From Trichoplax sp. H2 (lineage: Eukaryota), in contig NOWV01000268.1 of assembly GCA_003344405.1 (NCBI GenBank), positions 1-64,000 on the forward strand: a DNA stretch of 64,000 nt, read 5' to 3'. Below, in pieces: positions 1-11,709 of this stretch (position 1 is the first letter of the stretch; each line of letters opens with the position of its first letter). The notes under the pieces are model-generated. The model saw only the letters and a list, made by a program, of their open reading frames with translations, was not told the DNA's origin and searched no databases. The position numbers and the translations under genes are program-made.

Positions 1-449
1 TGGTAATTGACCATTGCAATGAACAGCATACCAAGTGTTCATTTCAGCTAAACGATTGGCTTCTAAAATGGGATACATTTAGACTGGTTAGACGATCGAT
101 TGGTATCAATAAATAAATTAATGATTGTCACCGCCAAGCGGGTGATTATTAATTTGAAAACTTAATTGACTGTAACGCGATCTCCAGTTAGCTAGCAACA
201 CGCATTCGTTAAACTGTTGTACTGTACAGTGGTACAGTATAGCACAATCGACGTTCGGTGTAACAGTCTTGTCCATACTGTTGAGTAAGGGGGGGGGGGC
301 AAGATAGGATGATAGAATTTGATATTCTCCCTTTCGATTACTCTACAGTACAGTACTGTACTATACAGTACAAAGCATCGAGGAGACCATGACTCACTTT
401 TCCATTACCTCTACAGTAGAGTATACTGTACACTGCATTAGTGACTGTA

Positions 450-632
450 CAAGGGTGTAGAAATTCGATCTAGATTTAAAAAAAACAGATAAAATGATCA
501 AAACTTGGTCGATTCTATTTAAATTTAGTATGAATCGATACCATTAAGCAGATATACAGTTTTATGGGTTTTATTCGAAAATAAATCATAAAAATATTCA
601 CTGACTTATCTAGAAAGAAATTCTACACCATG
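450..632. mobile_element. Small Tc1/mariner-type MITE candidate (~183 bp)
   Basis: Imperfect terminal inverted repeats TA|CAAGGGTGTAGAAATTC ... GAAATTCTACACCATG|TA, TA on both flanks, AT-rich non-coding interior. CAGGGTG-like ends with a TA target duplication are typical of Tc1/mariner derivatives. Confidence 0.5.
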
Positions 633-700
633 TACAGTAGTGCTGCATTTGTCGAATACTGTACAATAGAACGCTTTCTCTTCCAGCATTTCTGTTCAGT

Positions 701-1550
701 AGTTCCTCTACTGCTGCATTTGTCTATATTATGATTTTTATTATGGAGGAGGCCATGACTACTTTTCCATTACCTCTACAGTATACACTAGTTCCTCTAC
801 TGTTGCATTTGTCTATATTATTATGGAGGAGGCCATGACTACTTTTCCATTACCTCTACAGTATACATTAGTTCCTCTACTGTTGCATTTGTCTATATTA
901 TTATGGAGGAGGCCATGACTACTTTTCCATTACTTCTACAGTATACATTAGTTCCTCTACTGCTGCATTTGTCTATATTATTATGGAGGAGGCCATGACT
1001 ACTTTTCCATTACCTCTACAGTATACATTTGTTCCTCTACTGTTGCATTTGTCTATATTATTATGGAGGAGGCCATGACTACTTTTCCATTACCTCTACA
1101 GTATACATTTGTTCCTCTACTGCTGCATTTGTCTATATTATTATTATTATCGAGGAGGCTACGGCTACTTTTCCATTACCTCTACTGCTGCATTTGTCTA
1201 TATTATTATTATCGAGGAGGCCATGTCTACCTTTCCATTACCTCTACAGTATACAGTAATGACTTTACTGCAGCATTTATCTATATTATTATGATTATGG
1301 AGGAGGCCAAGACTACTTTTCCATTACTTCTACAGTATACAGTAGTTCCTCCACTGCTGCATTTGTCTATGTTATTCTTGAGGAGGCCATGTCTACTTTT
1401 CCTTTACCTCTACAGTACTGTATACAGTAGTGATTCTACTGCTGCATTTGTCTATAGTATTATAATTATTCTTAAGGAGGCCACGACTACTTTTCCGTTA
1501 CCTCTATAGTATACAGTAGTTACTCTAGTGCTGGCTGCATTTGTCTATAT
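701..1550. repeat. 80-bp tandem minisatellite
   Basis: GTTCCTCTAC anchor at 791, 871, 951, 1031 and 1111 (exact 80-bp period, near-identical units). Units degenerate towards both edges, and there is a partial isolated copy near 380-420. Confidence 0.95.
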
Positions 1551-2342
1551 TCGTGGAATACAGCAGAACGCTTTTTCTTGATGTTGAGCCATCTTCAGGG
1601 ACTGCTCCCTGCCTATTGGAGGTCTTTTGTTAGTTTTATTTATGCCTCGAGCAAGGACTATCTAACAAAAGAGACTGTACTGTATACTAGTACAGTATTC
1701 AACAGTCGATCATAGTGACTACATAAGAAGTCATGAGCGAAAAATATGTGCCTAAGAATTGCAAAGAGACACAAGGTAAGTGTAACAAGGCTTGATCATC
1801 TGGGGCTGATGACATTTTGCCGTCTACAGTACAGTACTATATGCTGTATTCGTGTACTGTACTATAGCGCAGGATTAACTTGGGTGGCAGTGCTAAGGAA
1901 AATAAGCTGTGTAGGCTAAATCAGGCCCAAAGACATCCTCCTGCCTGTACATATCGATTTTCAACATGAGTGTTAGCAATTAGCAATTTTCGACGCCATC
2001 TTGCCATCGAAGTGAATTCGCTATACTAGTGTGTAGTGTGTCGTGTCCAGTCCTGGATAAAAATCATTCGACCGTACTGTAAAGCGTCTTCTTTACAATA
2101 GACTGATACTCAATTTGTCTAATTTGGTGTTGAAATTGTGTTTTCACATAATTTCAATCGTCGGTCATTTTTGATGAGACACCCTGTACAACTATACAGC
2201 ATTGTCGCGAACAGGAGACTGTATGACGGATAGTTGCCGCGATGGAACCTTAACTCAAAACGAAATTCAAGAATGATTTATCATGCCAAAGAGCTTTCTT
2301 GACGCAACAATGATTTGCTAGTGACGGGTTTAACCTTGCAGT

Positions 2343-2920
2343 GATCCTGTTCTGGATTCAATAGTACCGTCAACTACTGTCAGTATGAGTACTTTGTACT
2401 GTACAGGGTGGAAAGTGCAGGTCAACCGTCAACCAGTCAATGATTGACTGACTGGTTGACGGTTGACGTCGTTTGTGGTACAGTTCTTCAATCCAGATCC
2501 TGTTCTGATTCGATAGTACCGTCAACTACTATCAGTATGAGTACTTGTACTGTACACTGCACAGGGTAGAAAGTGCAGGTCATCCAGTCAGTCATGACGG
2601 TTGACATTGTTTGTGGTGCGTGTTCTTCTGATTCGATAGTACCGTCAACTACTGTCAGTATGAGTACTTTGTACTGTACACTGTACAGGGTGGAAAGTGC
2701 AGGTCAACCGTCAACCAGTCAATGACTGACTGACTGGTTGACGGTTGACGTCGTTTGTGGTACAGTTCTTCACTCCAGATCCTGTTCTGATTCGATAATA
2801 CTGTACAGTCAACTACAGTACTGTACTGTCAGTATGAGTACTTTGTACTGAGTAGAAAGTGCCGGTCAACCAGTCAGTCGTTGACGGTTAAGGTCGTTTG
2901 TGGTACAGTTGTTCACTCCA
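2343..2920. repeat. Tandem repeat (~125-155 bp, about 4 units) with internal hairpin
   Basis: Units start with GATCCTGTTCTG(G)ATTC-like sequence at ~2343, ~2496, ~2621 and ~2778. Unit 1 contains a perfect 19-bp inverted repeat GTCAACCGTCAACCAGTCA (2421-2439) / TGACTGGTTGACGGTTGAC (2449-2467). Confidence 0.85.
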
Positions 2921-3070
2921 GTACAGTACTAGTAGTGTACTGTACAGTGTACAGTGTACAGTACCCCGATTCAGTGTTCACTGTAAATATACGGTACAGT
3001 ACCGTAGTGTACGGGACTGTAGTACTCGGCGCATACTGTACAGTACAGTACAGTACGGTACTGGACAGCT
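2800..3070. repeat. TACAGTA/TACTGTA low-complexity cluster upstream of the RNF4-like gene
   Basis: Dense quasi-palindromic GTACTGTACAGTAC-type words. The ORFs here on both strands are Y/S/T/V/C-rich repeat artefacts. Confidence 0.8.
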
Positions 3071-4681
3071 CACCGCGCTGGAGTAGGCTTTTACGGTAAT
3101 CGCTTATCATTGCCATAGTAAAGTCAGTCAGTCAGTCATTCCGTGGTTACCATAGTTTCTCCTTTCAAATTCAAATCTCCAAGACAAGTTGCGACTCGGA
3201 CTGATTTAGTGCAAAAAGAAACAACTTTCCCTTGATTGCATAACACGACTGACTGCATCAAGAATCCCAAGAATATTCAGCCACCAAATTGGCATTTTAT
3301 CGCTACCGCCCAAATTACACCATCACGGTAAGTTTTACCTCTGCCATCTTGATATTGTATCCATGATGATGCCGATTGGCAATGTCATACAGTACAATCA
3401 TCGACATGCCGAATTGGATGGGCGCCGGCAAATGGGTAGTAACCGTTCGCTGGGTTGAAAAATACGCCATCCCGGCATGGATCCTATTTTGTACTACCGC
3501 AATAGAGTATCATTGAAATGATGACAGAACTCTAATGGACACTACCTGATACGCTATGGCTGTATAACTCTACTTTATCCTTGCCAGCCAAACAATCAAC
3601 AATGAAATATTCCTTTATCAAGTAGTCTATCATCATCGAGTTGTTACCATCATCAGTAAGAAAGTAAAGTCAACTGAGCAATGAATCCAATGGGTTGGTT
3701 AGTTATCCATGCCCCAAAATCGATCATCCTGTCAGGTGAACTGAAGGAGAAGAGTACTGTACCCACACACAATTGCGTGTCAGTGATTTACTATACAAGT
3801 TGGTTTCTTGATGACAAAGTAGAGTATCCACTATCCTACAGAATGGCAACAGCCCATGGAATCACTTCCCTTCCATCCATTGCAAATGATAGACTTTATC
3901 GACGTATTTACTCTTGTACTAACGACAATCAAAGCCAACTGTTTTCTACTTTCATTCACAAGACCTACAGTTCGTATATCTACGCAAGTTAATAACAATC
4001 TAGTTTCCTGATTGCTTGTCTTTGTGGCTTTCGGTTTCAATGACAGCCTTTGATTCTACGTCTGTTTCATTACCAATGTCATACATTGACTTGAAAAGAA
4101 AATACTATATTTTTTTTTAATACGCGTAGTAGATAACCATGAACTAAATTCCAAATTTCTTTCCTTCCTTCCTTTTCCAAATACTTGAAATTCTCAACGT
4201 ATTACATTCGTTATCTTCGTCAATTTAGTAGCCACATTAAAGTTGACAGACTTTACTACTTTCACTAACTACAATGATGATAAATCAAAATCGATAAGTC
4301 ATCATGAGAAATTATTTATGATAGGATCATAATAATTGCCCCTTGGTAGCAAATTGCATGATAAATAAATAAAATAATAGTTACGGTATGCATACATTAT
4401 CAACAGATTGAAAACTTATACTGCACAAGTGATTGATTACTTTTACATAGCTACTATACCAATAAAGTAAATTTGCTGATTTACTCTACATCAATTTTTC
4501 TTCTCTCACAGCATTTCATACCCTCTCCAATATCCATCTATTTCTATCAAATGCGTAGCAAACTTGGCGGAAACACTGGCTATCCTACCAGACCGTATTA
4601 ATTTATAGATCTAATGTAAAAAGTGGCTAGTGCCTCTATAATTTTACCATTAATTAGATGCAAGCCATTCGCTATTCTGGC

Positions 4682-5812
4682 ATGTCGAAACGTCGACGTA
4701 TCGTAACTCATGAAGTAAGCCCGATCAATTTGGACTGTGCCGAAGGTACACGTATAGCCATTTTAATTCCAATAAATAAAGTAAAACCCAACTAATTAGT
4801 AACTATGAATAAGAGTATAGATTATTTCACTGTTTAGCCTATCAAAGTTTCTTTCAAAATCAATAATGAATGGATTCATTTTGACAACATATTGTAAATT
4901 GCAATAGTTGGGAACAGTAATCAACCAATTATTGACCTAACCAAAAGCGATACTCCGATCAAAGCATCACGTAAAAGGGCAAGGATAAGAGATCGTGAAC
5001 CTGGACAAGAGCATACAGAACGAGATCACTCCATTATTATTATTAGCGATACAGAAGAAGATACTAATGTAATTAATACCTCAGAAAGAACGAATCGTAC
5101 TAGCAGGTAATCACACTCTTATCTACAGTGCGGAACGTAGTCACAGCTACTAGCATAGATGTTACCAACATTGTTGTAGTAGCCTTCTAATAATACAGAA
5201 CGAATTCAATTAAAGTCAATAGTAACTGCTAACAACTAGCATCAGTTCTACTATATCGAAACCTACCTGATGCAGTTAATGTAACGCCTAATCTAAAAAA
5301 ATACACAATAAAACATACCACTATTATCCTATTTTATATAGTAAACTAACTTCAGTCAATCAACATTGGTCTTCACCTTCATCACAACCATTAAATAGTG
5401 TCAATGACAATACCTCGCCCTCACCAGTTATCGAATGTCCAATATGTAAAGAAAGCTATAGCCAGGTTGGTAGCTAGACAAATTTTGCTACTACGAAAGT
5501 AATTACATTGCTGTTCTGTTGGTCGAGTGATAATTTATTACTATTTCATATTGATAACGCTACCTTGTTACTGCTTCCAATCAATGAAATAATTCACTCG
5601 TATCCTGCATGCTACCAATAGGTTACGCTGCTACATCATAAATTTAAACTCTTTCCTTTCCTTAGATCAAGAAAACACGTACGCTACAATCGACTGTATG
5701 TGGCCATATATTTTGTAGTTCTTGCCTAAAGATCGCTCTTAAACGTAAAAATGAATGTCCTATCTGTCGTAAAAAAGTATTAGCCAAAAATGTCCATGAT
5801 GTCTATATTTGA
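4682..5812 (+). CDS. RNF4: RNF4-like SUMO-targeted E3 ubiquitin ligase (4 exons, 177 aa)
   Basis: Exons 4682-4745, 4908-5106, 5342-5465 and 5666-5812, with GT-AG introns and consistent phases. N-terminal basic MSKRRR, SIM-like motifs PINLD, IIDLT and IIIISDTEED, and a C-terminal C3HC4 RING (CPICKESY..STVCGHIFCSSC..ECPICRK) ending VHDVYI*, as in RNF4. Confidence 0.9.
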
Positions 5813-7599
5813 TATTAAGATAACAACTATGCAATACATACTAAATCTGTGAAATTTGTAAGTCAAACTTAAACATACATTACTGTCCTATCTTGCAATA
5901 ATCTCTTTTTTCCATACTTTTGTATAAAGACTGTAATCATTCTTCTCAATATATATTGTATGTTACTATGTATTCTCTGTCCTTATATAAAGGATTAAAT
6001 AACAAGCTCTAAGGCAATACTTCAACGTAACTTTCTATGCAATGATTATAGTACGACATGTCCACTTTTGGAAAGTGTGCATCGTCGTTAAGACTACAAT
6101 AGATACGGAAGGAAATTTAAGTCAATTATTAATAATGGTAATGAATTAATTAATTTAATACAAGGATCTGCCATCACATTTATTGTAATGATAAATGTAC
6201 CCTGTCTACTGTATGACTGTCTGTTGAAGAATATCATAATGTCTATATAGCAATGCGCTCATTTCAAAGTATATACAGTAATATCCAATAGGATTTTTGA
6301 ATTCATAACAATTGCGATACGAGTCCAAATATGAATAAATTTGAAATGTTTCAACCTGTTTAATCATGGCTATATGATTGTGCTGTAATCGTGCTTACAG
6401 TTAACTAAATGATTTTTCACCCTGAAGCTAGTATACGTTTCCATTGATTCAATAATGACCCATAAACCACCAGCTCCTGATTGGGTTATTGTTTACAATA
6501 ATTATTAGCAACTCTGTCATTTTATTTATCGCTTGGATGAGTAAAATTGAAGTATAGAACTTTCTTAATATCCATTAATTAATATTTTACAACTAATACA
6601 CTAAACGATAGGATAACCTATAGCTCAAAACGAGTTCATTTTTCGAATATTGCTAATTAACCGTTTTTGAGATTGTTTAATGAATTTCATTTACAATCCA
6701 GATCGGTATTAGTAGTTACAAAGTTAAGAAACAAGAGAAATGTATATACTGTACATCAGAGTAGTAAATATACTAGATGTGACTGAGCTTTGAATCTTTA
6801 GGCCTACCTTTATACAAAAGTTTGTTATCCTCATACATCACGCAAAGCGTGTTAGAGTAGTTGATCAGTTACTAGTTAGTACATATCAATCCTAATACTT
6901 CATCCTATGATAAACAAAAGTGGTGAACTTGGGCTATTACTTATAATGAATTTGTTATCACATATTTAACAAAAACTGGTAACCCACAGCTTAGTACATC
7001 TAGCTTTACAGGGGCGAGTTACTTACGTCATAATATGATACCATTTAGATTCTACTCCGCTGAAGATACAATGCTAGCATACGAAATATTATTTCAAGAA
7101 TAATGTAAGCTCTGCAGACTACATTTTATTCAACTCATACCATTTCTGTCTTATAAGGTAGCTTAAGGTTAACTTTCTGAAGCCTAACTATACTAAATTT
7201 ATTATCAAGCTGAAGGCTCTGAAGTAGCAACCAATCACGCGTAAAGTTAAAAGCTGAACCTAACCCATGCTGGAGGAAAGGGTGCAAATCAAATTCGTGC
7301 TTCGTACTCGTGGTTTAAACCATGGACTACTAGAAGATTGCCATGGATTTTCTTCTGATATTCCATGTTTAAACCTACAGATTATGATATGCATGTTATA
7401 AATTATAATATCACAATTGGGCTAGATATGCCTTTCATGCAAAAGCGAAATATTTGAAATTATATTTTTTATAGTAAAGCACAACTACGGTAGTCTGATC
7501 TTTCATTTTATTTATAAAGAAGTCGATCGGATACAGTACTGTAACAAATTCAGATTTCCGATCGAGGAAATAACTCCTTAAATAAATGATCAATAAACG

Positions 7600-8620
7600 A
7601 TACTGCAATTCCGCAGAAACATCTTTCAAGTTACTTTTGGCAATCTATAACTACGGTACTACATTTTCCTATTATAAATGAAATTAGCGCTTAAATTGAC
7701 GAGATAAGATAATGGTTTTCGCAGTTAGTAGCACAAGAAAAATGGAATAGTACAGAATATAGCGTTCAAGTTACTTTTCACAATCTATAACTACTGTATT
7801 CTTCCATCATGAGTGAAATAAGCTCTTAAATCGACCACATAAGGCGATAATATTGGGTTAGAAAGCTTTCTGATATCCATCACTGACACATGAAAACCAA
7901 AAAGTTATTTTCGATAATCTATAACTTTTACAAGTGTTCTCCTACCACGAATAGAATTAGACCTTGAATTAACCAGACAAAGCAACAATTTCCAGTTTGA
8001 AAGCTTCCAGAATCAGAAAATCAAACAAGACAGCAGAATATATTTTTCCTCTAATTTCGATGATTAATCTATAACTTCTGCAGGTATTCACTAATACGAG
8101 TGAAATTAGTCCTTAAATTGACCAAGAAAAGGTAATAATTTTCACTTAGAAAGCTTCCTGATATCAAGCACTAGCATAAAAAAACTAAATAGCATAGCTG
8201 AATACATCATTCCAGTTACTTTCGAGAATCCATAGTAAATCAATTAGACAAGGCAATAATTTTCCTTTAAATCGTTTAAGAAAATCTCCTCGTATGAATC
8301 GTCCAGGCAAGAGATTAGTGTATTACTGTTTAATGAATATGCTTATAAATATCAATGAAATCGATCTTCAGCTTGATCAGACAAAGCAATACACTAATTT
8401 CCGTCGAAAATATCTTAATCTCCTAGGCAAGAGATTATTGAGCTATTGATGCAAGTATATACGTATAGTAGCCTATATATGTAAATAAAACTGATCTCTA
8501 CTGTAATTCGACTACTGTAAATAAAGCAATGGTTTCTGTCAAAGAATATCTTGATACTAATCTTTCAGACAATGGGTAAGTGAATTACTTAGTTACTGAA
8601 TATATAGTAGCTTATGTGCA
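7600..8620. repeat. Diverged tandem repeat (~130-150 bp units)
   Basis: Recurrent GTTACTTTT..AATCTATAACT..TGAAATTAG..CTTAAATTGACC motifs near 7630, 7770, 7905 and 8060, decaying rightwards. Confidence 0.65.
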
Positions 8621-9725
8621 TAAATGAAATCGGTTTCGAAGGTGATTAGGTAAAGCAGCAGTTTAAGTCCAGATAATGGATAAATGCACTACAGGTTACT
8701 GACTGCGAATATGAATAAATATAAGAGGAATTCACAAAAACCATGCCTACTCATGAAATGATTACAAAATAGTACCTGTCTATAAGATGATAAAGCAAAT
8801 ATAATATTGATCGTGAAGACAAGGCAATGGACTGCCTTAATTGTACCTTGGGTCGACATTAAATCTTGGTATTTCCTGTTGTCATGTAGCGATTAGATAG
8901 CCTTTACATATCTATTGTACTGTAGATTGATTGCATAAGATTATAGTAGTATAAGCAACATCTAGTAGAAGGTATTCTGTATTAATTCTCTGAACCTGTA
9001 TTGGTATTTCCTATTTCATTGTTGTAAGAGAGTAATTTAACATAATCTATATCTTTATCGTCGCTGAATTATATATAATTATATAAGCGTACAAGCGTCA
9101 AGAACAGAAGCATGTGGAAATGAAGAGGATTTTCTCGTTAAATTAGTTATCACTGTTTCAGTGAAAGTGACTGATTGAGAATATGCACTGATAAAAGNNN
9201 NNNNNNNNNNNNNNNNNATAAATGAAATCGGTTTCGAAGGTGATTAGGTAAAGCAGCAGTTTAAGTCCAGATAATGGATAAATGCACTACAGGTTACTGA
9301 CTGCGAATATGAATAAATATTAGAGGAATTCACAAAAACCATGCCTACTCATGAAATGACTGCCTTAATTGTACCTTGGGTCGACATTAAATCTTGGTAT
9401 TTCCTGTTGTCATGTAGCGATTAGATAGCCTTTACATATCTATTGTACTGTAGATTGATTGCATAAGATTATAGTAGTATAAGCAACATCTAGTGGAAGG
9501 TATTCTGTATTAATTCTCTGAACCTGTATTGGTATTTCCTGTTTCATTGTTGTAAGAGAGTAATTTAACATAATCTATATCTTTATCGTCGCTGAATTAT
9601 ATATAACTATACAAGCGTACAAGCGTCAAGAACAGAAACATGTGGAAATGAAGAGGAATTTCTCCTTAAATCAGTTATCACTGTTTCAGTGAAAGTGACT
9701 GATTGAGAATATGCACTGATAAAAG
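8620..9725. other. Near-identical duplication flanking a 20-N assembly gap
   Basis: 8620-9197 and 9218-9725 both run from ATAAATGAAATCGG to GCACTGATAAAAG. They differ by a few SNPs and a ~70-bp indel (8761-8830, present only in the left copy). The N run is at 9198-9217. Confidence 0.9.
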
Positions 9726-10319
9726 CTACTAGCTTCACTACTATGACAATGAATCGACGTACACAGTTTATGTTCTCAATGTTAACTGCAGAATCTCTTA
9801 TTATATAATGACAATAATTCACATTATTTGAAAAAGTAAAAGGATTTATTAATTTTTGGGATCTGTTAAAACCGATATAACCAGGCTCGAACTTACGTAC
9901 AAAAGAAAAGACAAAGTAAGAAATAAGTTAATTGGAATAAATTGCTGATCAATTAAACAAATAAAGTGTAGCTTACTTTCGCCTCTAATCTCGTATGGTG
10001 TTGTGCAACTGCACATTATAATTGATATATAAATTAAGAGTATATTACTTAATTACTAGCACAGACTGTAAAATGTGTAAATTATTTAAATGATTTTACT
10101 TCATGTATGAATAAGTGCAGCTAAATTGATTCCAAGTAATTATTGGATAATATAAAATATCGGTTACAATTTTGTATACGAATACTTTTTCGTTACAATA
10201 GGACTAATAATTTTTAATCAATTTTTTCAATCTGTAAATAATTATTATTCCAAAGACAATAATATAACCATAGTGAATATGTCATAACGTAAAAATGCTT
10301 TTCATTTTTTAGTAGAGAT

Positions 10320-10540
10320 AATAACTGAAATGATATCATTCCGTCTATTCGTTTCAAAACTGCCTTAAGTTGATCAATAGCAACGTTCGGATAACTCTCT
10401 AGAAACCACATATCGAAAAATTTCTTTGTTCGATCGAAAATCTCACTCTCGACCTTTGATTATATCAATACCGATGGATAGATCTGAATTGCAGCCATTC
10501 TTGTGCAATCTATACCAATTCTATTTGCAATCTCCAAAAA
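10320..10540 (-). pseudogene. Frameshifted Death-domain remnant
   Basis: Minus-strand frames join as LEIANRIGIDCTRMA / LSIGIDIIK / DRTKKFFDMWFLESYPNVAIDQLKAVLKRI / RNDIISVI. This follows the Death-domain pattern IA..LG.DW..LA..L....ID.I....L..W......T...L..AL..IGR.DI, with several frameshifts. Confidence 0.55.
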
Positions 10541-11709
10541 GTGATACAAGGGGTAGTGAAGATATAGAGAGAATTAAGAATGAGATGTTATTCATACACG
10601 TATCTTCCCTGATGCTTTGCGAGATCCAACAACTATCATACTGCATGAAAATAAGGTATAACTTTGTTTCTATCTGCTGTAAAATATCTTTATGTAACTA
10701 CTGCACTACATTGTATTATCTATGTTATTGAACGTGCTTCAGCAGCATCTACAATAGATATTAGATATTCGGTCCTCGCATTTAGTGAATGATAAAACTG
10801 AATGTATAATATCAACTTATATTATATAGATTTCCACTCACCACATGTACTTTTATTCTTTTATTTTAACGAGAAATGCAATCAGATACCGTCTTTAAAT
10901 GAAATGATCCTTGATGATTGCCAATGCCATGGCCAATGCTATCAGGAGTATCTGCAAAATAAATGATATAGTGGTTACATCTTTACTGTGTAACTAATCT
11001 ACATCGGTTCAAACAGATATTGTTTAACTTTTATATTGCATATGTGTATAACTAATTTTCTGTTTGAGATCATTTAATTACTGATACGATCCTTTTCAAG
11101 CCTTATTTTGTGAAGAATGATCGATGCATTTCGATGAAAAGAAATAATATTCTTTTCACAACTAGCACAATAACTCAAAATGACCTTGTTGTCTTATTGT
11201 TTGGGAGAGTTTTAATCATATACTCGTATCGCTACTTCAATGCTCATTTTATTCGTAACAGAAGTGTTGCTATGCAGACAACAGGTAGCATTTCACATAA
11301 GTTATTTCTCTTTCTAAACGAAATACTTCAAGCACTATTCCTCTGAACGATTAGTGGAAAGAGAGACCAAAAACAAAATCGTATTTTAATAAGTTTGAAT
11401 GATTAGATCCTCTATGATCGAATTATTGGTTGCAATTGATTGTAACTCTAGTATGGGTAGAATTAATCCAAGATAATATCGTATTTTGACAAAAAAATAC
11501 GATAACTTTCATTCCAAAATTAAAAAAACAACTAAAACTATCGCTACTCGATTTTACTTTCAACTTGTCCTTCCAACTAAGCTTAATAGTGCTTTGATTT
11601 AATACTGTATATAGACTTACCATCTACTTCTTCTTTTTCATTTTTATTTTTATTTTTATTTTCTTTTTCTATTGACCAAAATAAGAAAGTTAGCACTAAA
11701 ATGCACTAG

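Noticed and set aside
701..1550. CRISPR-like array or repeat-encoded proteins (ORFs 1029-1509)
   Set aside because: The units repeat in full with no unique spacers. The 80-bp period is not a multiple of 3, the context is eukaryotic and there are no cas genes.
1623..1675. Hairpin TCTTTTGTTAG..CTAACAAAAGA as an ncRNA
   Set aside because: An 11-bp AT-rich stem only, with no recognisable RNA family features.
1733..1775. ATG-initiated mini-exon (MSEKYVPKNCKETQ) with a GTAAGT donor, phase-compatible with RNF4 exon 2
   Set aside because: RNF4 already has a convincing first coding exon and there is no homology support.
3681..4040. Short overlapping ORFs on both strands
   Set aside because: No recognisable motifs. 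They probably lie within a 5'-UTR intron of RNF4 (GTAAGT at ~3328, pyrimidine-rich acceptor at ~4511).
7260..7375. Minus-strand exon-like stretch FKHGISEENPWQSSSSPWFKP suggesting a neuropeptide precursor
   Set aside because: No signal peptide or dibasic cleavage pattern, and no in-frame upstream exon could be joined.
8620..9725. Genuine recent tandem duplication
   Set aside because: The two copies abut a 20-N gap and differ like alleles, so unmerged haplotype contig ends are more likely.
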